Source: a virus. From it: a stretch of DNA of 64,000 bases. Numbering within the stretch: the first letter of the stretch is position 1; each line of letters begins with the position of its first letter. The notes beneath the pieces were generated by a model. It was not told where the DNA came from and did not search any database. It saw nothing but the letters and a program-made list of their open reading frames with translations. The stretch is from positions 35,470 to 99,469 of the IMG/VR virus record IMGVR_UViG_3300027644_000003, one strand, 5' to 3'. Shown piece by piece: positions 49,227-56,853 of this stretch. The position numbers and the translations under genes are program-made.

Positions 49227-49879
49227 TATGCATCTGCCTTTGGTGTGCGGGGCTTACGAACTTTAGTGGGTGTTGCTGCAGAGTCTGGATTAGTTATGCT
49301 ATCTGAAGCAGTCTTCTTACCTAAGTTACGAGCAAATGTCGGACTCAGATCTGCGGCTTGCTCTATATCAATCTCTCCTGCTTTAAGAGCTGCTGTAGTA
49401 TCTTTAAGAGTTGGGTTGCGAGTTTTTGCTTTACGTGCAGGATTGCTTGCACGATCTTTTGGAGGTGTTCCGCCAGCTGGTGGAGTAGGTGGAGTATCTA
49501 CTTTATCTGGAGTATCTGTTTTTTCAATTTTGTATTTTTGACCAGTTGCTTGCATTGAAGGTCTTCCAGCGTTATCAAAACCTCTTAAACCGGCTTTAGT
49601 CATGTCTGGACCTTTTGCAATTCCACGGTCTATTTCTCTACCAGCACGTTCATAACCTAACTCAGCACCAGCATCTTTAGTTGCCATGTCCCATGTCGTG
49701 CGTTCTTTTCTATGAAACGTATCAACGTCTGCTTTGCCTGCGTGTAAATCTAATTGAAGTTGCGCCATAGAACGTTCACGTCCTCTATCGGCAATTCCTC
49801 CAAATAGTTTTGAAAGCCAATTGCCTGTACCACCACTTGAGGGCTGTACAAAACCTTGATTATTCTGTGGTGCTGGCAT
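49226..49879 (-). CDS. Low-complexity protein (candidate internal virion protein)
   Basis: 217 aa ORF, TAATG-coupled to next gene. Confidence 0.6.
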   Translation of the reverse strand: MPAPQNNQGFVQPSSGGTGNWLSKLFGGIADRGRERSMAQLQLDLHAGKADVDTFHRKERTTWDMATKDAGAELGYERAGREIDRGIAKGPDMTKAGLRGFDNAGRPSMQATGQKYKIEKTDTPDKVDTPPTPPAGGTPPKDRASNPARKAKTRNPTLKDTTAALKAGEIDIEQAADLSPTFARNLGKKTASDSITNPDSAATPTKVRKPRTPKADA

Positions 49880-49900
49880 AAGAAGGATCCGTTCCTTTGT

Positions 49901-50101
49901 TTAGATTAATATCATTTTAACTACTGCACCTGATTTTGTAAGTGCATCTGCCTGTTCGTTATAGTGATGGGCGCAGAACGTTAGGACGCCTGTACCAAAA
50001 AAGGCGCCAAACTGTGCTCTAGCAGAGCACTTGTCACATGCTTCCCGAACCCCCACCGTCGCCAGCTGCATCTCCTGCTGATCCTCCAACATCTCCGTCA
50101 T
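49901..50101 (-). CDS. Small Zn-binding protein
   Basis: CDKC...LTFCAHH motif seen in small actinobacterial proteins. Confidence 0.7.
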   Translation of the reverse strand: MTEMLEDQQEMQLATVGVREACDKCSARAQFGAFFGTGVLTFCAHHYNEQADALTKSGAVVKMILI

Positions 50102-50294
50102 TTCCAGACTCCTGTCCTGAGTTATTAGAATTTCCTGGTCCTACACCACCGTAATACCCACCGTAGTAACCATAACCACCGTAGTAAAGCTGTGACCAAG
50201 GAATGCCGCCAACAACATAGCCACCACCCAAGCGACCTACCGTACGATGGCGCTTGTGTTTCTTAACGTTGAATTGATGCTTTTCGTTGTGCAT
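50034..50294 (-). CDS. Gly/Tyr-rich small protein
   Basis: MHNEKHQF...YYGGYGYYGGYYGG; GAGGA RBS. Confidence 0.6.
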   Translation of the reverse strand: MHNEKHQFNVKKHKRHRTVGRLGGGYVVGGIPWSQLYYGGYGYYGGYYGGVGPGNSNNSGQESGNDGDVGGSAGDAAGDGGGSGSM

Positions 50295-50333
50295 GGTTAA
50301 TCCTCTCACTCTTGCTTGCCGTATATATGCCAA

Positions 50334-50355
50334 AGGCCGGGATTTCTCCCGGCCT
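50334..50355 (-). terminator. Intrinsic terminator
   Basis: AGGCCGGGA/TCCCGGCCT stem followed by T residues on minus strand. Confidence 0.75.
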
Positions 50356-50381
50356 CTGCGCTATTAAGTTGTTTGTGTTGA

Positions 50382-51437
50382 TTATGAAGCTGTTGCGTAT
50401 GGTGTGATTGAGATTGTAGCTGTTGAGGCAACTGAAGCTGTTCCAGCTGCAACTGTCTGAGACTTGATTGTTCCAGCAACTGCTGTGAGACCAGCAACAG
50501 AAAGTGAACCTGTTGATAGTGCTCCTGAAGTTGTTGTTGTAAATGAAACTGTGTCTGTAGCAACTGCTGTAACTGTGAAGGTACCGTTGAGCGCTGTATC
50601 TGGTGATACAAGTGATGCAACAGTAATCTTGGTTCCAACTGGGTACTTAGCACCAGCACCTGTTGAGGTGATTGTTGCTGCTGTACCTGTACGTGCAACT
50701 GCTGTGATTGTTGAAGCTGCGTTAGTTGCTGCTGTAGCAGTTGTGATGTTAGCTGCTTCGTAACCAGCATCCTTAAGTGTGTCAAGGGCTACTGCTGTAG
50801 TGTTACCAACTACTGAAGGTACAATGATGAATCCAATTCCTGCACCATCAGCTGCTGTACGAGCTGTTGTCTTTTCTACTTTGCCGTACCACTGTCCGGT
50901 AATTTCACCAGCGCTAGCTGCGTTAGTTACTGTGAACTTAAGTGCGTTTGCTGTAGCAACAGTTGCTGCTGAAAGATTGTAAGCTGAAGCTGTAAGACCT
51001 GTGATGTTTACAGAGTCTCCTGCTGCAAGCTTGTTCTGTGATGTGTATGTAACTGTTGTTCCGTTACCTGAAGCTGCTGTAACCATAAAGTTACCTGCTG
51101 CTTCTACGAATGAAGGGAAGCCAGCCCACTCAGCTTCAATATCTGAGTTATCTCCCAGTGCTGCGTTTAGACGAGCTGATGCAATCTTGCTTTTAGTTGT
51201 CCACTGTCCGTTTTGTGCAGCGCCATATGTTTCGGTAGCTGTTGGAGTTCCATCAGCACGCTCATCATTTGGTTGCTTAGGGAAGTTACCCCATACAAAG
51301 TCGGTTTGTAGGTTTCCTGCTGAGTCGGTAAGATTACCGTTGTTGTTTGTTGTTGCTGCAGTATCTCCAATTGTAATGGATTCTGCTCCGGTAGCGTTGG
51401 CAGAACCAACGGCCGCGGGTGAATTGTAGCTTGACAT
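50382..51437 (-). CDS. Ala/Thr-rich virion protein with PASTA-like domain
   Basis: VPSVVGNT..VA...LKDAG and GTIKSQ..AAG motifs. Confidence 0.7.
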   Translation of the reverse strand: MSSYNSPAAVGSANATGAESITIGDTAATTNNNGNLTDSAGNLQTDFVWGNFPKQPNDERADGTPTATETYGAAQNGQWTTKSKIASARLNAALGDNSDIEAEWAGFPSFVEAAGNFMVTAASGNGTTVTYTSQNKLAAGDSVNITGLTASAYNLSAATVATANALKFTVTNAASAGEITGQWYGKVEKTTARTAADGAGIGFIIVPSVVGNTTAVALDTLKDAGYEAANITTATAATNAASTITAVARTGTAATITSTGAGAKYPVGTKITVASLVSPDTALNGTFTVTAVATDTVSFTTTTSGALSTGSLSVAGLTAVAGTIKSQTVAAGTASVASTATISITPYATAS

Positions 51438-51497
51438 TTATAGTTTCCTCACTGATCAATGTGATTGTTCGTTCGAACCCACAAAGGATGACAGAAA

Positions 51498-52064
51498 TTA
51501 TGCCTCTTGTATGTATGTATGAATCTCGCCACCCGAATAGATGTCATGCTTGCAGGCGATTTCAATTGCCCGTCTCACAGCCTTTTCGGCGGCCGCGGGT
51601 GTACTGATTTTTGAGTAGTTCAAAGCTTCAAGTGCGCCTAGTGCAACATCCCCACCACTACCAGCGTAGTAAACATTGCGGGCTTCTCTATCCCAAGAGT
51701 AATCGTTAAAGATCGGGTAGATGACACCTCTAATAGAAACAAGCAAGTTAGAGTCTTGCCACGCTGCATCGCCATCTTCTTTACCTTCAAAGCCAGCATC
51801 CTGGAAAGCTTTACGCATTGAGGGAATAAACTTCTTAGTCATAAAAGAATCTAAATCGATAGTTGCACTTGGCTTTGGTGGCTTCCAACCAAATTGGGTA
51901 ATGTTTCCACCTCTAGAAGCGCCGGAGACAGCTATCAGTACACCGTTATTATTAACAATCTTAGATGTAGCAAGTTCCATATAGCGACCATCTTCATCAG
52001 AGGCGCGGGAATCACAACCTATAACAGACCAGCCATCACCTTGGATTGCAACAAGCGTAGTCAT
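51498..52064 (-). CDS. HslV / proteasome-beta-like threonine peptidase
   Basis: N-terminal MTT, DSR, KI, GSGG..ALGAL and DIYSGG motifs. Confidence 0.9.
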   Translation of the reverse strand: MTTLVAIQGDGWSVIGCDSRASDEDGRYMELATSKIVNNNGVLIAVSGASRGGNITQFGWKPPKPSATIDLDSFMTKKFIPSMRKAFQDAGFEGKEDGDAAWQDSNLLVSIRGVIYPIFNDYSWDREARNVYYAGSGGDVALGALEALNYSKISTPAAAEKAVRRAIEIACKHDIYSGGEIHTYIQEA

Positions 52065-52099
52065 GAGATCCCCTCAGTTGATAGTGCAATCCTACAGTA

Positions 52100-52588
52100 C
52101 TACAGGCCAGATCCAAACTGGAACTCATCAGGCCTTTTGCGGGGGAGATTTGAGTAGTCAGTCTTACTCCAAGGTGCTCCATCTAGGTAAAGTGTAATAA
52201 AATCGTGGGTGGAGTCTGAGTTCTTCAAGATATCCCATAGGACAGCATCTACTCCATCGTACTGGATCATAGATCCGTCTCTCATGCCAATGACTAGTAC
52301 TTCCATCTCTTTATCTAGAGAGTAGCAAGCGTAATATGCTCTAGGTCGCGGACGTCCTAAGACGTCTGTCTTGCCAGATGTAGGAGCTGTTATATGTTCA
52401 TACCCAGGGCCACATGGATTAGAAGAGCTCATAGAAGAGAGCCGAGCTTCCCGTCCCTCTATTGTGGTATTAGAAGCTAGTTTGTCTTTCATCGCCTCTT
52501 GTACGTTTAATGCTACCTCGCCAGCTTGAGACTCTGATGACCGTCTTCTATTGTAATAGTTATCTAGATCTCGACCTCTACCGGCCAT
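52100..52588 (-). CDS. KTSC-like domain protein
   Basis: L.I..RDG....YDGV....W..L..SDS pattern. Confidence 0.6.
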   Translation of the reverse strand: MAGRGRDLDNYYNRRRSSESQAGEVALNVQEAMKDKLASNTTIEGREARLSSMSSSNPCGPGYEHITAPTSGKTDVLGRPRPRAYYACYSLDKEMEVLVIGMRDGSMIQYDGVDAVLWDILKNSDSTHDFITLYLDGAPWSKTDYSNLPRKRPDEFQFGSGL

Positions 52589-52700
52589 TATATTCCTCTT
52601 CCAAATGTTTTTCCTCGCACATGCGAGCTAAATCAGGAACTACATAGACTTTTCTACATAATTGACACGTCCAGCGTTCTAAACGCTCCCGATCATCCAT
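52578..52700 (-). CDS. Small Zn-finger protein (40 aa)
   Basis: Manual ORF containing WTCQLCRKVYVVPDLARMCEEKH. Confidence 0.6.
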   Translation of the reverse strand: MDDRERLERWTCQLCRKVYVVPDLARMCEEKHLEEEYNGR

Positions 52701-52813
52701 ATGTAGGCATCTTACTACTTGGCTACTGCCTTAGAAGCCTGTAGCTCCCCGAAATTTTTAGGCTACTGCCTCCCCGGTATAAGACTCAACAGTTTATTTC
52801 TCCTGGCCGAATA

Positions 52814-52888
52814 CGGACAAAACGGACATTTAAGGGTAGGGGGGGCAAAACGGACAAATCGGACAAATAAGAACAAAACGGACAAATA
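52814..52888. repeat. CGGACA(AAW) direct-repeat array at the strand switch
   Basis: CGGACA at 52814, 52823, 52851, 52860 and 52879, plus a degenerate copy at 52870. Confidence 0.85.
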
Positions 52889-52945
52889 AAATTATGGTGT
52901 AAGGCTTCAGAAGCAAAGGTTAGCAAGTAGGTAATCCTGTGTGCG

Positions 52946-52976
52946 GTGCCTAGTAGGTTCAACTCCTGCTAGGCAC
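52946..52976 (+). ncRNA. tRNA minihelix-like T-loop hairpin
   Basis: GTGCCTAGTAGG-TTCAACT-CCTGCTAGGCAC: 12-bp stem with 7-nt TPsiC-type loop. Confidence 0.7.
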
Positions 52977-53022
52977 ACGCTGTATTCGGTAGCCCTGTCT
53001 ATCAACAGCAGAAGGCATAACA

Positions 53023-53550
53023 ATGTCCGCACGCGAAAATCTGTCTGCGTTGCTCGCAACCCGTGGTAAGGGTGGCTCTCTAGAGTCCATCTCCCAAGCA
53101 GGGGCGCACTTCAACAAAGACAAGACACTCACCCCGTCTGACTTCATCTCGGTAGATAAGTTAGACGCATCTAAGGCAATCACACTACTAGGCGGGTTCG
53201 CCGTATCTACCTATGGGCTAGACCCAAAGGTGGCTTACTCAATGCGTAATGCGTTCGCTAAGAAGTATGCTCAGGTGGTCAATCTCTATGACCTATCACA
53301 AGCAGACTTCATCTCCGCAATTTCAGAGATAGATGCCGAGATTGCGACAGAAGCCTCTAACAAGGCTAACTTCGCTATCTCTATGGGCACAGAGCAAGAG
53401 CGTCTCATCAAGAACGCTCAATCTGCTATCGACAAGTTAGTAGATGCTAATGTGTCCCCAAAGGTCAAGCACGATTTGCTTACTCTTGCTCGCACCATTG
53501 AGCAGAAGTTGGCTTATGCGCCTGTCCAAAAAGTCGCACAAGTAGCCTAA
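53023..53550 (+). CDS. First early protein, hypothetical, helical
   Basis: 175 aa ORF with AGAAGG RBS. Confidence 0.8.
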   Translation: MSARENLSALLATRGKGGSLESISQAGAHFNKDKTLTPSDFISVDKLDASKAITLLGGFAVSTYGLDPKVAYSMRNAFAKKYAQVVNLYDLSQADFISAISEIDAEIATEASNKANFAISMGTEQERLIKNAQSAIDKLVDANVSPKVKHDLLTLARTIEQKLAYAPVQKVAQVA

Positions 53551-53557
53551 TAATAGC

Positions 53558-53980
53558 GAGAGGGGGGACTAGCTCCTCCCTCTCCCTATCTATGTCCACA
53601 GTATCCCTGTGGGCGTAGATGGGGTATGCCGACCAATCGGCTCACTCTGGTATGTAATGTGCCAGCCCCCGCACTAATGGATTACCTACAAGTGTCTTCT
53701 GTCTATCGAGAAGCCCTAGCCGTCCCCTTCACAATGTCGGCTAGGGCTTTCTCATCTCACAATGTGATACAACTCTCATCATAGATAATTGGCTACTGCT
53801 AATTGGCTAACTATGAGCATTGGGAGACACACCAGGTCTACGACTATGGTCTAGGTCTGTTATCAGGTAGGTTGTGGAAGATACATAGGACAACAGACTG
53901 AGACTCGTAAGGTGTTAATTTGTCTGTGTAGTGCGTAGGTCGCCCTTCCCTATGTATCTCTCACTCTCTATCTGGAGAGT
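53558..53980 (+). ncRNA. Multi-hairpin, pseudoknotted non-coding region
   Basis: At least eight stems found by eye; no ORF of 60 aa or more. Confidence 0.6.
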
Positions 53981-54000
53981 ATCTAACTAGGAGTAATAAA

Positions 54001-54171
54001 ATGACAGAATGTGCAGTTAGGTCTTGCAATAGCACTGAGTTAGTATTCAGTGGTGTTGACGCCTTTATGCTTGGTGGTATCCCTACCGAGAAGTATTGCT
54101 ATACCTGTGCTAATACCTATGTACAGATAGCAGACAGTATGAAACTAGAACACACCCACAACGCAACCTGA
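54001..54171 (+). CDS. Small Zn-finger protein (56 aa)
   Basis: Manual ORF with CAVRSC and CYTC; AGGAG RBS. Confidence 0.75.
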   Translation: MTECAVRSCNSTELVFSGVDAFMLGGIPTEKYCYTCANTYVQIADSMKLEHTHNAT

Positions 54172-54182
54172 AAGGCTATCTA

Positions 54183-54386
54183 ATGGATTGTATCTATTGC
54201 GGAAAGCCTGTAGTTCCTGCTAGATGGGAAGCAGGCTATGAGTATTGTATGGCTCCTGAGTGTGCTCACGAACTACGAGAGCGTGCTGAGCAATACAGAC
54301 TTATCCTTATGCCTAAGCAAGGCTTTACCTATGTCAAGGCTGATAGTCCTGACCTTCTATCTGGTAAGTCATCAGGTAGACAATAA
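54183..54386 (+). CDS. DksA/TraR C4-like Zn-finger protein
   Basis: CIYCGKPVVPARWEAGYEYCMAPEC. Confidence 0.65.
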   Translation: MDCIYCGKPVVPARWEAGYEYCMAPECAHELRERAEQYRLILMPKQGFTYVKADSPDLLSGKSSGRQ

Positions 54387-54415
54387 TCCCCCCCGATTTA
54401 TAAGAAAGGATCGTT

Positions 54416-54565
54416 ATGTTCACACTATCTGTAAAGATAGGCATTACCCGCAAGCCCCGCAAGCAGAAAGAGCTGACCAGTGTTGCTTGTTATCACTGTG
54501 GCAAGACCTTCACAATGCACATAAAGAACATCAGAACAAGCAATTACTGCACTAGTTGTAAGTAA
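54416..54565 (+). CDS. Small Zn-ribbon protein (49 aa)
   Basis: Manual ORF with CYHC and CTSC; GAAAGGA RBS. Confidence 0.75.
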   Translation: MFTLSVKIGITRKPRKQKELTSVACYHCGKTFTMHIKNIRTSNYCTSCK

Positions 54566-54589
54566 TACACCAATCCTTCCCCGCGAAGT

Positions 54590-54866
54590 TTGAGATGGAT
54601 AGAGGGCACACTGAATAGGCTGTTGATTGCATCGAGAACGAGGAATCTATGTGAGTGTAACTATTATCATAGAGGGAGCGTGAAGAAGCGAAGCAGTACG
54701 GACTTAGGTGCTTGAGGTGCCCAGAGGGAGATAGTTACCTACCTAAGTAATTACAGGACATGAACAAAAACAATCATGGTAATTGAATCTGTTATGCAAG
54801 AGGGGCTGTGGTTGTGAGTCTCACGCAATTCCTTCAGTAATTCAGTGTGTCCCCTATTTATCTCAA
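54590..54866 (+). ncRNA. 277-nt structured RNA closed by a 27-bp helix
   Basis: Closing helix has 23 Watson-Crick pairs, 3 G-U and 1 mismatch; internal kissing loop. Confidence 0.75.
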
Positions 54867-54894
54867 TCGAGGTAAATAAACAGAAGGGAAGACT

Positions 54895-54981
54895 ATGTAT
54901 ATCGAGTTCGAACCACAGACAATCGTAATCATCTGTATCTCACTAGTATTCATCGTTGCCATTAAAGCATGGCGTAAATAA
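54895..54981 (+). CDS. 28 aa single-TM peptide
   Basis: MYIEFEPQTIVIICISLVFIVAIKAWRK; AGAAGGG RBS. Confidence 0.7.
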   Translation: MYIEFEPQTIVIICISLVFIVAIKAWRK

Positions 54982-55008
54982 TTCCTCGAGAAGGGGATAC
55001 ACAGTGGC

Positions 55009-55215
55009 GACCAAGGTAATCCCACTACGGATAACAGCCATGCCCTCTGCGCTCCCGGCGCAACGGTATGGTGTAGACGCTTTCTACTTAAATGTTACTA
55101 CGCCTATGGGTGTGGAAAGTGCTGTGGTTGGTCAGACATGACCTGAGGTAAAACATGTCCCGAGCAACGGGGTATATCTGCGCCTCACCTGAGTATGTGA
55201 AAGCTAAACTGCTCA
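55009..55215 (+). ncRNA. Structured RNA with two tandem H-type pseudoknots
   Basis: GACCAA/TTGGTC multibranch; pseudoknots at 55130-55159 and 55185-55215. Confidence 0.55.
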
Positions 55216-55234
55216 CCTAACAGAAGGGATAACA

Positions 55235-55609
55235 ATGACTATAACCATAGTTGAATGCGCAAGATGTCAAGACCCACAAGTATTCAAGCCCATGTCTATG
55301 GACTCTGATATACCTGTTGCTTTAGACATATCATTAGATGGTGGTTACGCAATGTTCGTAGACAACATCTATGCTGAGGGTGGTAAGAACCCCCTGCAAT
55401 TCACATTGTGCCACAAGTGTGCCCACGAGTTTACAAAGTTCATGGGTATACCTGAGACCACAGTGTTTAACTGGCACTCAAATACAGAGGAGGAATACTG
55501 CAGTGGCTACACCAAAGAATGGTTTAACGAACAATACGATAAACAAATCGCTTACGTCAAAGAAAACTGGCACAAGCAATTCCCCAACAACCCATTCCCC
55601 AACGCTTGA
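55235..55609 (+). CDS. Zn-binding hypothetical protein
   Basis: CARC...LCHKCAH; AGAAGGG RBS. Confidence 0.8.
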   Translation: MTITIVECARCQDPQVFKPMSMDSDIPVALDISLDGGYAMFVDNIYAEGGKNPLQFTLCHKCAHEFTKFMGIPETTVFNWHSNTEEEYCSGYTKEWFNEQYDKQIAYVKENWHKQFPNNPFPNA

Positions 55610-55755
55610 AGAAATAAAGAAAGACCTGTTCATTGCCATTGAAGTTCTCAATGGTTATACAGAGCACGAAGCATTGCTAAACTGGCAATGCGTACAAGGT
55701 ACGTGCCAATGCTCGTAACCAACACAAACCCACACACCCCCGAAAGGAGCCTTCA

Positions 55756-56013
55756 ATGGCAGGGAAAAAATCAGGCGCTTCAAGAAATGATAGCCGCCCT
55801 AATGGAAAAGCATGGAAGCAAAATCCTGGCCCAGATGGAGTCAAATCCAAGTTTGTCTCTCGACCAGGTCGTATTAACGGTCGCAGTGCAAGCAACCATG
55901 AAAAGCGTGAAGCCTGGAAAGTATCAGGAGGTCGTGTTGACCACCCGACTATCCCACACTGGCGCACTGGCAAGGTAAGAAAGGAAGCAGTAAGTGTTTC
56001 CAATGACGCCTAG
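55756..56013 (+). CDS. Basic hypothetical protein
   Basis: GAAAGGAG RBS. Confidence 0.75.
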   Translation: MAGKKSGASRNDSRPNGKAWKQNPGPDGVKSKFVSRPGRINGRSASNHEKREAWKVSGGRVDHPTIPHWRTGKVRKEAVSVSNDA

Positions 56014-56191
56014 CCAATCATGGCTATTCCTGTTCTTATTGTTTTATTCAATAGGCATAACAACCTATGCATATGTATGGCGTAATAAATATTACGACCT
56101 ACAGTCTTATCGTATCTATGAGCGTAAACAACAAGCATATAAGCGCACACAGATGGACGAGTTATATTCAGAGTCATTTCTAAAAGACTAA
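55994..56191 (+). CDS. Small membrane protein
   Basis: N-terminal hydrophobic helix. Confidence 0.7.
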   Translation: MFPMTPSQSWLFLFLLFYSIGITTYAYVWRNKYYDLQSYRIYERKQQAYKRTQMDELYSESFLKD

Positions 56192-56193
56192 TC

Positions 56194-56416
56194 TTGCACG
56201 GGAGCGGGATGAACTGCGTTCAGAAAACTCCCCTCGTGAGTCCGCACCATCATGCGGAATACAAATGAGATGGAGCTTGTATAGATGTCAAAGTCTATGC
56301 AAGCACGTTGGGCAGAAGCATAATGATTAGCCAATAGAAACCGATCGAAGTCTCAGAGAAGATGGTATTTGGTCTAGCGGGTATCTCATGGAGAAACTAC
56401 TCCCGCCTATGTGCAA
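56194..56416 (+). ncRNA. 223-nt closed structured RNA
   Basis: TTGCAC/GTGCAA and GCGGGA/TCCCGC closing helices; internal 12-bp hairpin; loop-distal pairing. Confidence 0.65.
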
Positions 56417-56571
56417 CTTTTCAAAACACCAGAGACTAAATGCGTTTGCTGTTGACAGCACACCTCGGGGTAACTCCCACGTGTGCCGAGGCTAGAGTCA
56501 GGATAACCCCGTCAAAAGTGGTGCTTCTGTCCAACACAAACAACCCCCCAACACACAGAAGGGACAACAAC

Positions 56572-56853
56572 ATGTGGCTATCAAAGCGCAAGTTGATAAG
56601 CCGAATTGAGCGCATGATGGTCGAGCAGGAACTCGAACTCCATGACCTTGATTCGCAACACAGCAGGGCATACCATACCGGCATGATAGATGGCTTAGGT
56701 ATGGCACTCTTTGCAGTGTCACCAATTGCAGCAAGACGTAATCCAATCAGTATTGTATGGTTTGATGAAGATTACGACGAACCACGCAAAGTGGAACAAG
56801 ACAGAGAAACTCTGTTTGATGCAACTATGTTTGAAAGCGTAGAAGCAAGATGA
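56572..56853 (+). CDS. Hypothetical protein
   Basis: Start placed at ATG 56572 behind AGAAGGG RBS. Confidence 0.75.
   Translation: MWLSKRKLISRIERMMVEQELELHDLDSQHSRAYHTGMIDGLGMALFAVSPIAARRNPISIVWFDEDYDEPRKVEQDRETLFDATMFESVEAR

Noticed and set aside
52814-52888. CRISPR array
   Set aside because: Repeat unit is about 9 bp with no unique spacers, and there are no cas genes.
52895-52980. Complete tRNA or tmRNA gene
   Set aside because: Only a T-loop hairpin is present; no D arm, anticodon arm, cloverleaf or CCA end.
55004-55141. 45 aa ORF (GTG start behind GAAGGGG)
   Set aside because: It overlaps a dense RNA structure and has no recognisable features; it cannot be excluded but is not called.
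55688-55978. 96 aa ORF
   Set aside because: Shadow of 55756-56013, which has the strong GAAAGGAG RBS.
56465-56510. Twister or hammerhead ribozyme
   Set aside because: Conserved catalytic core sequences were not found in the right arrangement.
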